Below are positions 13,401 through 27,449 of a DNA stretch of 64,000 bases, piece by piece; positions within the stretch are counted from its first letter, which is position 1; every line of letters starts with the position of its first letter. This DNA comes from Camelus dromedarius. Its lineage: Eukaryota. The notes below the pieces were generated by a model. The model searched no databases. It saw only the letters and a program-made list of their open reading frames with translations, and was not told the origin of the DNA. Location of the stretch: the NCBI RefSeq assembly GCF_036321535.1, contig NC_087436.1, forward strand, positions 70,992,001 through 71,056,000. The letters run 5' to 3'. The translations under genes and the position numbers were made by a program.

Positions 13401-15029
13401 CTACTTACAATGATTTATTGCTTTGAAAACTTATCTAATGCTACTTTGAGAATGTTGTGCTATATTCTGTGTCTTCCCCTCACATATCTGCCTGATGTTT
13501 TGTAGCCACTTGTTATAAATGCCTCAGTCTTGGCAGGATGGTTTCCTCAAGAACTGTTACCATAAGCTCTACTCATAACTGTAAGAGGGCATTTTCCATT
13601 GTGTTCTTGATTCTAACTGCGGCTGAGAAAGCTGTTCCAGCGTGCTGCTTAGAGATTTTGCTTCTTTTCTTCTGTTAGATTTAATTAATCCTGAAATTCA
13701 TTACTGATCTAGAACTAGGAAGAAATACTCCCCTTTTCTAAAAGTGTCTTTAAGACCAGTTTTTTCTAGTGCATTTCTTCTCTGTTATATTTGCCAGTTG
13801 GGTCTATGCTGGTATTATTCCCCAACCTCATTGCCATCAGTCTAATTGGTTCCCTATGATTTTAATCTTTCTCCTAAAGAAAGATTTTTCTTCCTCCTTT
13901 ATTTTTATTTCAGTTTTCTTATGCTCTTGTTCTGTAGTAAAAACAGAAGTGTGTTTTTCAAAACCATCTAAGAGAAGGCATTTTAAGCAAAGGATGTGTA
14001 AACCGCCTTCTGAGCCTTTGTATTAACAACATAGGAATGGCAGACTATTTTCAGGGGACTTTGTTCTCAGAATCCTAGAGCCATGTTCCGAGAGTTTAAT
14101 AAATCAAGAGCCAATCTGAAGTCCATGATAGGCAGTGCCCCTTAAATCACTGAATCTATATGATTAGATGTTCTACTGTCCCCTCCTTCAGGCCAGAATA
14201 TACTATTGAAATATTTACGAAGAGAGAGAATTTGAGCCGGCTCTCTGCCCCTCCTGTGGCTGTCGTAGTCCATATACTAAGACTAATATTTGCTAAAGTT
14301 TCAGTGGGCCTGCTGTTTTCCAAAGACTAGCATGTTCAGTTCTGACTCTAGGAAGAGTTATTGGTGGGCTGTTTAAAGCTTCGTGATCAGGACACAACAG
14401 AAGAAAGCCAGGCCCACACCTGTGAAAAACAGGCACAGGAAACAACATAAGCTTCTGCAAACAGCTAGAGTATAAATGTTCAGCTTGTTAAACCACTGCA
14501 GAACTACCAGAGCCCCACCAGGAGTCCCAGTCTGTTATTTTTCTCCAATGCCATTCCTTGCTTATCTCTTAATTTTACTGGTCAAGGCAGCCAATGTTAG
14601 GGCTTGAGGGGGCCCAATAAATAGCAAAACTTCCCCACAAGAATTCTGAACTAATTAAGATAGAGTACTTGGAATAAGATCAGAAAGGAAACATCCCCTT
14701 TATTACTGAATGGGCATGCAGACAGGCATAGTATGCTTCCTTGTTCAGATTCCCAGAATTGGGTGTACAGACCTAAGGCAGTGCTAGAGAATCAGTCTTC
14801 CCAGAGGGACAAGAGTGGAGGAGCAGATCATCAGGGATGGTTTCAACCTGACTCCCAGGAAGACTAGAGCCACAACGAGCAGTTATTTTTCCAAAGTCTT
14901 CAACGAAACAAACTCTTTCCATCCTGGGGCAAGTGAGAACCACATATAACTCATGAGCTCAAGGATGACTTGGGATAGTTCTTCTACACGGCGACCAGAG
15001 GATTAAGAAATCCTTCCTCCACTGAAATG

Positions 15030-15850
15030 CCCCCTTGAAGTGGCAAGGCCCACACAGGATGCACATTTTAGAGTAACCACTCTGCATGCTGCATGGAGAA
15101 CATGCTGGAGGGAGACAACCAGTTAGGAGGTGTCCATGATCCAGATGAAAGATGACAGTGCTGTATGCAGAAAAGAGGAACAAGCAGGTGTGTCATATCT
15201 GGGAGAAAGAATCAACAGGTTCAGATTGGGTGTTGGTGGACAGAGAGTGAATGAAGCCTGCAGATTCCTGGCTTATACAACAGGAAATTAGTTACATCCT
15301 TCATTCAGGAAATAGAGGAAAAACTGCCATTCCTGGATGAGTCTAATAAGCTCAAATTTGTACTTACAAAGTTTGAGATTCTATGAGACAGCCAAAGGGA
15401 GATGACCATGAGGCTGCAAGAAATAATAATATGATACATTAGAAGAGGTGGCATACCCTGAATGTTTGTCCTTGAGATGGAGTTAATATGGGAATTGTAG
15501 CTTTGGGAATTATGAAATCAATCAGGAGGCTGTATATATTGAGAAGAGGGCAGAAAAGAGATCCCTGGGGAACAGGTAAATGAAAGAGGAAGGCAGGGAA
15601 AAAGAAGTCCAAGAAGGAGCCGGAAAGGTGCTGCGAAAGTCAAGGATATTAAGGGGGCCGAGGGAAGGGGGTCTTCTAAAGAGAGTAATGCTTCTGATAC
15701 ATCGAATGAGGCTGGTGATATATGCTGGTTGTAATGACAGGGTAGACGAACGTCCTCAGCACCTTCTTAGGAACCACGTCTGTGTTGCACAGAGGAGATG
15801 CTGAAAAGACTGAGGGATGAAGTTGAGAGTGACTAGTGAGAATAAAGACT
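15030..15850 (-). mobile_element. L2 fragment
   Basis: gatgcacattttagagtaaccactctgc...ggagacaaccagttaggagg...aagtttgagattctatgagacagccaaagggagat is an L2 antisense signature. Confidence 0.7.
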
Positions 15851-16339
15851 TCTCTCTAAGAAACAATGACATAAAAGGAAGAAATATTGTGGCTAGAGTT
15901 CTTTTTTAATTTTGAAAAAATTTTTATTGATGAATTCAAATAATAATAATTGAGTACTTTTTTAAAAAAAATATAGGTCTAATGAGAAGAGTTGAATTTT
16001 GCGGGGAGGGGTAACAGTTTGCTTAATTGGGATTCAAAGTTAGTACTGCCTATCACAATCAATTGCAAACATTTATCAGTTAGTGCTGACCGATAATAAC
16101 ATTTTATACATTTCATCTTTGAAAATGTCTTTTCACACAGATATTACCAAATAATAATCTCAGTCTGTGAGCACAAAATTTTAATTGAAAATATTCATCA
16201 TATGGAAGGGAGCATTTAAGAATTCTATTAGCTGCTTCTCTCTATATTTGCCTTTTATTATTTTTTATTACAAAGTAGATCAATCACTACCAATTGAAGG
16301 TTTGGTGAAAACTCTTCAGTTGTTTAATTAAATGGATTT

Positions 16340-17987
16340 TTAAAACTTTATTGTAAGCTTTAATTTCAGAGCAGTTTTAGATTCACAGCAAAATTGAGTG
16401 GGAAGAACAAAGAATTCCCGTAATACCCCCTTGTCCTCCCACATGTACCACCCCACCCTGCCTCCACTATCAGTATCCCACACCATATCAGTCCATTTGT
16501 TATAACTGATAAACCTACATTGACATATTATGACTACACAAAGTCCATAGTTCACATTAGGGCTCTATCTTAGTACTGCAAATACTGTGGGTTTGGATAA
16601 ATGTATAATGACGTGCATCCATCATTCTAGTAACATATGGAATAATTTCACTGTCCTAAAAAATCCTCTGTGCCCTGCCAGTTCTTCCTCCCTATCCACT
16701 AATCCCTGGAAACCACTGATCTATTTCCTCCAGGGTTTTTTGCCTTTTCCAGGATGTTATAAAGTTAGAATCATGTAGTTTCTAGCCTTTTCAGATTGGC
16801 TTCTTTCCCTTAGTAATATGCATATAAGGTTCCTCATGTCTTTTCATGGCTTGATAGCACATTTCTTTTCAGTACTTAATAATATTCCATTGTCTGGATG
16901 TTCTATAGTTTATTCATCCATTCATCTACTGAGAGACATCTTGGTTGCTTCCAAGTTTTGGCAATTATGGATAAAGCTGCTATAAACACCCCTGTGCAGG
17001 TTTTTGTGTGGATATAAGTTTTTAAGTCCTATGGGTAAAAACAAAGGAATGTGATTGCTGGTTCATACGGTTAGAATATGTTTAGTTTTGTAAGAAAGTA
17101 CCAAGCCATCTTCCAAAACAGCTGTACCATTTTGCCATTACCACTAGGAATGAATAAGATTTCCTGTTGCTCTTCATCCTCACCAATATTTGGTATCAGT
17201 GTTTTGGATTTTGGCCATTTTAATAGGTGTGTAGTGGTATCTAATTATTGTTTTAATTTGTAATTCCCTAATGATATATAATGTGGAGCATCTCTTTGTA
17301 TACTGATTTGCCATCTGTATATCTTCTTTGATAGTTGTCTTTAAGATTTTTGACTCTTTTTGAAATTGGGTGGTTTATTTTCTTATTGTTGAGCTTTAAG
17401 GATTTTTCATATATTTTGGAAAACAGTCCTTTATCAGATAGGTCTTTTGCAAGTATTTTCGCCTGGTCTGTGGCTTATTGTCTTGGCATTGTCTCTTGCA
17501 GAGCAAATGTTTTTAATTTTAATAAAGTCCAGCTTATCCATAGTTTCTTTCACAAATTGTGCCTTTGATAATGTGTCTATAAAGTCATCATTATACTTAA
17601 GCTCTTCTAGATTTTTTTCTTACGTTATTATTTTCTTACGTTGCATTTTACATTTAGCATCTATGATCCATTTTGAGTTAATTTTTGTGAAGGCTTTAAG
17701 GTCTGTTTCTAGGTTTTGGGTTTTGGTTTTTTTTTGCATGTGGATGTCCAATGGTTCCAGCACCATTTGTTGAATGAACTGTTGTTTCGTCATTGTCTTG
17801 CCTTTGCTCCTTTGTCAAAGATGAGTGGGCTGTATTTATGTGGGTCTTTCTCTATTCAGTCCCACTGATGTATTTTGTCTGTTCTTTCACTAACATTCTA
17901 CTATTTTGATTACTGTAGCTTTGTAATAAATCTTGAAATTGGGTACTGTCAGTCCTCCAACTTTGTTCTTTGTCAGTATTGTGTTGG
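16340..17987 (-). mobile_element. L1MC1/L1MC2-like 3' end and ORF2 C-terminus
   Basis: agcagttttagattcacagcaaaattgagtgg...aaacctacattgacat...aaagtccatagttcacattaggg is the L1MC1/2 3' end, continuing into ORF2 antisense. Confidence 0.9.
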
Positions 17988-18661
17988 GAAAGAGTTTTTA
18001 GACACAGGGAAAGACTAGAGCATTCCTATATAATGAAGAGAACTTATTAACATACAAGTTAAGTTGAGCTTTAAACCCAATATCTTTTTGTCAAAAGAAA
18101 ATAGGCACCAGTATACATTTCCAGATAATAGCCTTCTCACCATTAACATTAGACCTAATTATCTGAGTTTAGTATTACAAATTTAATATTTTAACATTGA
18201 TTCTGATAATTAATAGAAATATTTAATATATGTTAAACTATATTTTTTAAGTATGCAATCTCTAATTGCTTTAAACCAAGTTTAATGGGAAATAAAACTA
18301 AAACTCGTTATCATAAATAAATTCCATCCTTGGTCATATTCTCATGATAATTCATAGCCTTGTTGCTCTCTTCCTATTACTATAAAAAGCAATCTCAGTG
18401 GTCAAATTTTTCATGACTTGATTTATTATATGGGGGAAAAAATGACAAGGAGGCAATCCCACAAGTTTCTGCATTTCCAGGAGGGGTTGGAGAGAATGCA
18501 AGACACAATTTTTAGCTTATAGTTCCACAAATAAAGAAATAAAGAATCAATAGCTTTTTCCTTTCCTTCCTGCATTAGACAGAATTGTTGTCAATGAAAA
18601 GGGGTAACATATCAGAAAGAATAAGAATCATTTGCAGTGTTTTAGAAAGTAATATGATAAA

Positions 18662-18827
18662 GATGAACAACAAGGTCCTACTGTATAGCACAGGGAATTA
18701 CATTCAGTATCTTGTAATAACCTATAATGAAGAAGAGAATGAAAAAGAATATATGTCTAACTGAATTACTTTGCTGTACACCAGAAACTAACACAACATT
18801 GTAAGTCAATTATAATTCAACAACAAC
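18662..18827 (+). mobile_element. Young L1 3' end (artiodactyl-type) with TSD
   Basis: caacaaggtcctactgtatagcacagggaa...gctgtacaccagaaactaacacaacattgtaa; TSD aaagtaatatgataaa (18646-18661) / aaaataacatgataaa (18828-18843), 2 mismatches. Confidence 0.9.
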
Positions 18828-19569
18828 AAAATAACATGATAAAAAGAAAACTTCACTTATGTAGGCTATATAAAATAGGTATAAACATACATTGATTTGG
18901 ATATTAAATTTTATTGGTGTATACTGATATTTATTGTAATAGCAACATATACCTGTTTAAAAATGAGGTTCTTGAAAATCCAAATTGTCTAATTCTTATT
19001 ATGAAGCATTTTGGTGCATTCAACCACAAACCTGAACACATAGACACACACACACACAAATGGCTGTATGATGAAGACTATATTCTGTGAGGTTGACTAA
19101 ATTGAAATTTTTATAAGTATTGTCAGAATCATAATAGCCAGGAATAGCAAAATACAATTAATATCACAACAAAATTGTAATCAATAATCATCTCCTTCTA
19201 CCTCTTCTACCCAAAGACAATGAATTTCTTAAAATAAATTTCTTAATATCAACAACATTAAGCAACAATTAGCAATTATTTGCCAAAGGAATTTTTTAAT
19301 TAAAAAACTAAAAACAAAAATTCAATTGTTACATCTCTGGCTATTCTCATTTGTAATATTAATTTAAAATGCTCTGCATTGCTTGCCAGAAAATTTGCTA
19401 ATTGCTACTGATATTTGTATATCCTACTACAGGTATCAAACTCTGTTGCTATGAAGTTATTACTGAGTTCCAAATCCAGGCAAGTTACTAATATCACAGG
19501 ATGAAAATACAAAAAATTTAATACACCTTTGTGAAGAGACGCGAGCAAGTGCATGAACCTGGGTGGGTG

Positions 19570-20085
19570 TTTACTATGAGGCAAGCATCATGCTGAATAT
19601 TCTTGCCACCAAGGCTATCTCATTTAATTCCTATACATTGTCTTTTTTTATGGCATAAATGAACTTATTTACAAAACAGACTCACAGACATTGAAAACAT
19701 ATTTATGGTTACCAAAGGGGAAAGTGGGGGGAGGGATAAATTAAGAGTTTGGGATTAGCAGACACAAACTACTATGTACAAAATAAACAACAGGGCCCTA
19801 CTACAAAACACAGGGAACTATATTCAATAGCTTATAATGGCCTATAATGAAAAAGAATATGAAAAAGTATGTATGTATGACTGAATCACTACGCTGCACA
19901 CCAGAAACTAATATAATATTGGATACCAACTATACTTCAATAAAATAAAAAATAAAAGGGATAATTCATTGTCTTTAAACTTATCATAATTTACCCTCTG
20001 ATTTTATAGATAAGTAAACTGAGGTTCACATAATGTAACTATCGGTGTGTTTCACCAGACGTTTGAACCCAACTCTTCTGATTTA
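19570..20085 (-). mobile_element. MIR split by a young L1 3' end (about 19646-19966, + strand)
   Basis: MIR halves (atctcatttaattc... and ...attttatagataagtaaactgaggttcac) flank the L1 tail aaatgaacttatttacaaaacagactcacagac...tatacttcaataaaa; cattgtcttt is duplicated at 19636-19645 and 19967-19976. Confidence 0.8.
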
Positions 20086-22227
20086 AAACATAAATTAACC
20101 ACAGTGAAATGAAGAGTATATTAAGCTTGTTAATTATTTTGTCAGAAATGACCCTTGTTTACCTTCACACAGTAAAGGCTGTTGATGGAAAAATTAATAG
20201 TTGACCATTTGCTTCTTGAAGTCTTTGTACTGACAGTAATTCAATTTCTATAAACAGTTTAGAAATTTTTTTGGAAGCAGTAAACTTTATCATTTTTCAT
20301 CCTAGTAAAAATGTTGGCTTCATACGGCTTTTAGAAAAAACAATTGATTGTGCTTGGGCCTGAAATACACTTAGATTTTCCACTGTGCTTAATCTCCCAA
20401 GTAGTATAATGTTATGATGTTATTTTACTGCTAAAATAAACAGTTTTGCTGCTTCAAGCAGAATTTTTTTATGGTATCCACAGCTGACAGACACTTTTCT
20501 CATGAACTACACCACAGGAAAAGAAATAGATGAGATTATACTGCCTATGATGACAACTCAAAGAAAACTTTAAAGAGAAAATATCTTTAAAGCTGCTACT
20601 CTTCTTTTTCATATAGCTAGAGATTTAAAGAGTTAAAAGGAAAACTAGGCATGGCATTTACTATATGCATTAAATTAATTAAATAATCAGAGTTTTGTAT
20701 GGCCAATTTAAATTGACCTTAAATCAAGCGGATGCTCATGACATGTATTCCTTCTTATTTTCCCCTACATGTCTCCAAAATAGTGATTACTGGGAAACTC
20801 TTGATAAATAAGAAGCTGAGAAGAAAGTCTCAGGAACAAAAAGAATTAATTAGGTAGTTCTCAGAGTTAGTGAATATGCAAGATCATCTCAAATGATTTC
20901 CTGGCCAGTTGGGTCTGACATGTAGCCTCACCAACAGTATCATCATATCTGGATAAAAGACAAAGGAAGAAGAAGGTTTGGCCAGTGATGAAAACAGGGG
21001 GAAAAGGAGAACTCTGTCTGTGGTGATGCACAGGAGGGTGTGCTAACTGTTCACCAACTCACTGTGTCACCATATGGCTTTCCATATGTGCTGTGTCAGC
21101 TGTCACAACTCTTCCATCTGCCTGAAAATTCAAGTTCTCACTGCGATGGGATAAGTTTATGTTTCAGTTCATATACCTGCTGTTTTGAGAACTGTCATCA
21201 CAAGTGAGGATCCTTGAGATCAGTTAAGTTTAGGGCACTGACAAAATGTCTTCATCAGCCTTCAACAAGGCTGTAACCTGCACCTTAGTAAATTCACCAA
21301 GGTAATCTCTGGGACCTGGCTGGACAGCCCTCCCTGATGAACATTCCTTCAGCATCAGTAGATGAGCATTTGATCATTCAATAGGTGAACACATTTTTCT
21401 CTGGGAAGATTTATACTGCAATTTATAAAAACAATATGATTGGTTTCCAGAATATTCTCTTAAGTGCCTATATTGTGAGCCCCTTGGGAATTTGCGCTCT
21501 TCTGTGTTCAGGGCTAATCGCTGTGTTAGACAAATGTTTGTTGAGTTAATAAATGACGGAGTGAATAAGAGGTAATTTAAACAACAATAGAAAATAACTA
21601 GATGGGAAAAGGGAAAAGACTGCTGGTTCCCAAGCCAGTGATGTATTAGCACAACATCACCGGTTGTCAGCTTTCAGCCACCATGATAATATAATCTCAT
21701 ATAGTCCCTGATAATGATTACATTTGTAGATCTGGTTTTAGTACCATCTCCCATTTAAGTTAGGTTGCAAAAGTTGGGTTATGGGCTTGAAAGTAAAGAG
21801 AAGTCTGGGGAACTTTGGGATCTAGCTCGTCACCCAGAAGAATCTTAAATGAGCCATTCATTAAAAAGAGTAGGCATGTTAAGAGTTTTTGGTTCCTGCT
21901 TCCTTGAAACATTTTTCATTTTATTTCTTTCTCATTATTTCTTTCTTTGGGAAAAAAGAAAAAAATGTCTCTTCAGGGACAAGTACAGCAGTTTCTTGAA
22001 ACTGGGATGCTCTGGTTCAATAAAAACTATTGGCAGTGATTTCTAATTGCTGCTACTATTTGGTAGAAAAGCAGATTGGTCTGTGGATTAGTGAAGGTGA
22101 GAGATTCAGGTTTGACAGTCGCCTTTACTGTATTTTTCTAGATAACATGTATTTTATAGAGATTGAGAGCGACTAATTCTCATTCTAAGCACAAAAAGAG
22201 CAATTTTTAGTTCCTATTTAAGTGTTC

Positions 22228-25200
22228 TTTTTTTAAAATTGAAGTATAGTCAGTTATAATGTGTCAATGTATAGTAGTGTGTATATGTTAATCCCACACC
22301 CCTAATTTATTCCTCCCCTCCTTTGCTCTTTGGTAACAAAAAATTTGTTTTCTATGTCTGTGAGTCTGTTTTTGTAAATAAGTTCATCACTTATTTCACA
22401 TCTAAGTGATATCATATGGTATTTGTCTTTCTCTGACTTACTTGGTACAATAATCTCTAGGCTCATCCATGTTGCTGCAAATGGCATTATTTCATTATTT
22501 CGTTCTTTTTTATGGTTAGTAATATTTCATTGTGTGTATATACACACACACACACACACACCCCACATCTTTAGTTAGGTTGATTTCATGTCTTGGCTAT
22601 TGTAAATAATGCTGCTATAAACATTGTGGTGCATGTATCTTTTCAAATTAGAGTTTTCTTCAGATATATGCCCAGGAGTGAGAGTGCTAGATCATATGGT
22701 AACACTAGTTTTAGTTTTTTTGGCTTCTGGTGGGGTTTTGTATTCTTTTTTTTTTTTTAATTGAAGTATAGTCAATTTACAGTGTTGTTCTGTCAGTTCC
22801 TGGTGTGCAGCATAATGTTTCAGTCATACATACTTGTTTTCATATTCTTTTTCACTATAGGTTACTACAAGATATTGAATATAGTTCTCTGTGCTGTACA
22901 TTATAAACTTATTATCTATTTTATATATAATAGTATCTGCAAATCTTGAACTTCCAACTTAGTTTTAGTTTTTAAAGGATCCCCCATACTGTTCTCCATT
23001 GTAGCTGCACCAATTTACATGCCCACCAACAAGGTACCAGGGTTCCCTTTTCTCCACACACATTCCAGATTCAATTATTTGTAGATGTTTTGATGATAAC
23101 CATTCTGAACCATGTGAAGTAATACCTCATTAGAGTTTTGATTTGTATTTCTCTAATAATTAGTGATGTTGAGCATCCTTTCATGTGCCTGTTGGCCATC
23201 TGAATGTCTTTAGAGAAATGTCTATTTAAGCCTTCTGCCTATTTTTTGATTTTTTTTTTTTTTGATACTGAGCTATATGAGCTGTTTATTTTGGAAATTA
23301 AGCCCTCATTGGTCACATTGTTGGCAAATATTTTCTCCCATTCCATAGGCTGTCTTTTGTTTTGTTTATGGTTTCTTTTGCTGTGCAAAAGCATACAAGT
23401 TTAATTAGGTCCCATTTGTTAATTTTTACTTTTATTTCTTTAGCCTTGGGTAGACTGATCTAAGAAAATACATCAGAGCATGTTTTGCCTATGTTCTCTT
23501 CTAGGAGTTTTATGGTGTCCTACCTTATATTTAGGTCTTTAAGCCATTTTGAGTTTATTTTTGTGTGTGGTATGAGGGAGTATTCTAACTTCACTGATTT
23601 ACACGTGGCTGTCCATTTTCCCCAAAATATTGTATATTCTTGCCTCCTTTGTTGTGGATTAATTGTAGGTGTGTAGGTTTATTTCTGGGCTCTCTATCTT
23701 ATTCCATTGATCCATATGTCTTTTTTTGTGCCAGTACTATGCTCTTCTTATTACTGTAGCTCTGTAGTACTGTCTGAAGTGTGGGAGGGTTATGCCTCCA
23801 GCTTTGTTCTTTTTCCTCAGGATTGCTTTGGCAATTCTGGTTCTTTTGTGGTTTCATATGAATTTTAGGATTATTTGTTTTAGTTCTATGAAAAATATCC
23901 TCGGTAATTTGATAGGGATCACATTACATTTGTAGATTGCTTTGGGTAGTATGGCCACTTAACAATGTTAATTTTTCCAATCCAAGAGCATTGGGGATAT
24001 CTTTCCATTTCTTTGAATCATCTTTAACTTCCTTTATAAATATTTTATAGTTCTCAGCATGTAAGTCTTTTACCTTCTTGGTTAGGTTTATTCCTAAGTA
24101 TTTTTTTGGATGCAATTTTAAACAGAATTTTTTTTTTTTTTTTTACTTTATCTGATATTTCATTGTTAGTGTAAAGAAATGCAACTGATTTCTATGTGTA
24201 TCTTGCTACCTTGCTGAATTTGTTTATCAGTTCTAATGGGTTTTGTGAGGAGTCTTTAGGGTTTTCTATATATAGTATCATGTCTCCTACATATTATAAC
24301 AATTTTACCTCTTTCTTTGTGATGTAGATTTCTTTTATTTATTTTTCTTGTTTGATTGCTGTGGCTAGGACTTCCAAGACTATGTTGAATAGAAGTGGTG
24401 ATAGTGGGCATGCTTGTCTGCTTTCAGATTTTAGCAGGAAGGCTATCACCTACCTACCATTGAATATTATGTTGGCTTTGTGTTTGTTATAAATGGCTTT
24501 TATTACATTGAAAATGTTCCTTCTATACCCACGTTGGGTGACAGTTTTTATCATGAATAATGTTGAATTTTATCAAATGATTTTTCTACATCTATTGAGA
24601 TGATCATGTGGTTTTGGTCTTGTCTTTCGTTAACGTGGTATATCACAGTGATTGATTTGTGTATAGTGAACCATCCTTGTGATGCTGGGATGAATGCAGC
24701 TTGATCATGGTATATTATCCTTTTTATGCATTGTTGGCTTCAGTTTGCTAATATTTTGAGAATTTTTGCATCTATATTCATCAAATATATTGGCCTATAA
24801 TTTTCTTTTTTGGTATTGTCTTTGTGTGATTTTGGTATGAGGGTGATTGTGGCTTCATAGAATGAGTTTGGGCGTGTCCCTTCTTCTTCAGTCTTTTGGA
24901 AGAGTTTGAGAAAGATGAGTCTAAGTTCTTTGTATGTTTGGTAAAATTCCCCAGTGAAGCCATGTGGTCCTGGACTTCTGTTTGTAAGGAGTTTTTTTAA
25001 ATCATACATTCTTTTACTTCTAGTGATCAGTCTGTTCAAATGATCAGTATCTTCTTGTTTTAGTTTTGGCAGGCTGTGTGTTTCTACGAACTTTTCCATT
25101 TCTTCTAAGTTGTCCATTTTGTTGGCATATAATTCTTCACAGTTTTTTCTTATTTTGTGTATTTCTGCAGTATCTATTATTTCTCCTCTCTATTGTTTTT

Positions 25201-25565
25201 ATGGGTCTTCTTTTCTTGGTGAGCCTGGCCAGAGGTTTGCTGATTATCCTTTCAAAAAATCAGCTCTTGGTTTTATTGATTTTTTTTCTATTTTTAAAAA
25301 AATCTGTTATATTTATTTCCTCTCTGATATTTATTATGTCCTTCCTTCTGCTGACTTAGGTATTGTTTGTTCTCCTTTTTCTAATTCTTTTGGGTAGGTT
25401 AGGTTATTTGAGTTTGTTTATTGAGAAAGGCCTTGCTATGAACTTCCCTCTTAGGATTATTTTTGCTGCATCCCTTAGATTTTGTATGGTTGTGCTTTCA
25501 TTGTCATTTGTCTTGAAGTATTTTATTTCCTCTTTGATTTCATCACTGACCCATTGGCTTTTTAG
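22228..25565 (-). mobile_element. 5'-truncated lineage-specific L1 (degraded ORF2 plus 3' UTR)
   Basis: ORF track pieces are L1 ORF2: [19 protein letters not shown]...[17 protein letters not shown]...[13 protein letters not shown]...[46 protein letters not shown] and QWVSDEIKEEIKYFKTNDNESTTIQNLRDAAK. T-rich tail near 22228. Confidence 0.95.
22720..22959 (-). mobile_element. Second L1 3' end nested in the L1 above, 14-bp TSD
   Basis: TSD tagttttagttttt at 22706-22719 and 22960-22973; body ttgaagtatagtcaatttac...catattctttttcactataggttactacaagatattg. Confidence 0.9.
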
Positions 25566-25599
25566 AGCTTTATTTTTAACTCTAAAATACATTTACATC

Positions 25600-26500
25600 T
25601 GTATCCTACAACTATAGTGATAGTGTGTTTTAATCATCATTTATTTACAAGTATTTCCTAATTACTCATGTGATTTCTTCTTTTACCAATGTGTTGTTTA
25701 ATTTCCAAATATTTGGGGATACTTTGGATACTATTCAGTTATTAATTTAAAAAGAATTCAGTTCTATCCAGAAAATATACTTTATATGAATCATATTGTT
25801 CTGAATGTATTGAGACCTAGTTTATGGGCCAGCATATACTGCTAACTTCCTTTGGCATTTTTTTGTAATGCAGTTCATTTGTTAATGAATTTCTCACCTT
25901 TTTGTCTGAAAACATGTTTATTTTCCTTCTCTTTCAGCATGCTAGAGATGTCACTTCATTGTCTTCTGAATTAGTGTTTCCCACAAGAAGTTGATGATCT
26001 TTAATTTTTTTCTCTTTGCCAGGGTGTTCAGTAATTTGATCATAATGTGCCTTCTTGTGTTATTTGTGAGTCATCTTCTTCTTTAGTATTATCTGGAAAT
26101 TTTTTCACTTTGTATGCCGTACTTTAATTTCCATTTAGGTCATTGATATATCTTCTATTTCCTTCCTCATTATGTTAATAAAAATTCCAGTTGCTCTGGC
26201 TCCCTTGAACATCATCCCTCTCCCCTCATCACAACATAAATGCCATGCTCTGCCTGGAATGTCCCTCCTTGAACTGTGGTCCAGACAGTACATTTAGGTA
26301 GAAAGTTAGGGAAATCATGGGACTCCTCTAATTTGTACTACTATTTTTTCATTTTTCTTCTTCTCAGGGATCAGAGTCCTCTACTGCTGATTGCTAAGTG
26401 TCTAAACACACATATTTTGGGGGCAGATTCTAGTTGTTTTTAGTGGTAACATAGTTTGGGTCTCTTTTTCCATTATGGCCCAATGAAGAAGTCTACACTG
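25600..26500 (-). mobile_element. Old L1 (L1ME-type) fragments
   Basis: gtgttgtttaatttccaaatatttggggat...tattgagacctagtttatgggccagcata (ORF2 start, antisense) plus 5' UTR-like pieces. Confidence 0.6.
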
Positions 26501-27449
26501 TATTTTTCACTTACGTTTGAAAAAAAGAATATGTCAAACTCATTCAGTTTGTGAAATGTGATTACTTTGAATAATCTAGATACTTCTTAGCTGTCAAATT
26601 TTTAGTAAGGTATGCATCTCTGATTCAAGTAGGATAGAGGTATATTTCTTCTGTTTCTCAATCTTGTGTTCTCTAAGCTGGACCCCAGAAAAGTTTTGCC
26701 TAAAAATCATGCATATTCATCAAGATCACATATTACATCTTGCAAAATGAGTTTCCCTCATTTCCCTCAGGAGTAAGAAGTCTCTGTCTTCGTCCTTCTC
26801 AGTGTAGGTATCCACATCCTTGTTAGGGTACTTCTTATTTACCCTGAAAACAGCAGGTCTCTAATTTTTCCAGGTTGCCTGCCACTTCCATAAAGGCCAG
26901 AACCAAAGCATATTTATCTCTCAAACTTCTGTGAGACTACATGATAGATTTTATATAATAAATGATCAAGAAGTATTTTTAAATAAGTGAATAAACTGTT
27001 TTGATTGTTTTTGTGTTAATTTACTGTAATAGATATACAGAATATATAGGAACAGTATAAGTTAAAGTTAACCATAGTATACCCAATGTGTCTGTGATAA
27101 AGCATTAATCAGTGTTTCAGATGACTGGGGAATCAATCATCCAAATGAGGGAAACAATTGAGGCATGCCTTTAAGATTAGAGCTCAAAACTCAGAAGCAC
27201 ATTCTTTCTGGAGCTTCTTTATGTGCTTCTGTTAATCTTATACATGGATACTCAGAACTGAAAGTTGTCTGGTTCAGTTGTCATATGAATTGAATCACCC
27301 TAAAATAAAATTAATTAAGACTATTGTTCTGTCTTTGGAAGCGAAGGAAAAGGAATCAAGATAACTTTTAAAGAAAAAAATAGATGTACCGTATAGCATG
27401 TAGAGATATAAAAATAAATGACATTCAAAAGATACCTTATTGCTGCCCA

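Noticed and set aside
21231..21356. Minus-strand 41-aa frame MLKECSSGRAVQPGPRDYLGEFTKVQVTALLKADEDILSVP, superficially protein-like
   Set aside because: Short, with no diagnostic motif and no supporting flanks; cannot be assigned without a search.
24740..25117. 125-aa ORF as a host gene
   Set aside because: It is a fragment of L1 ORF2 within a frameshifted, truncated L1.
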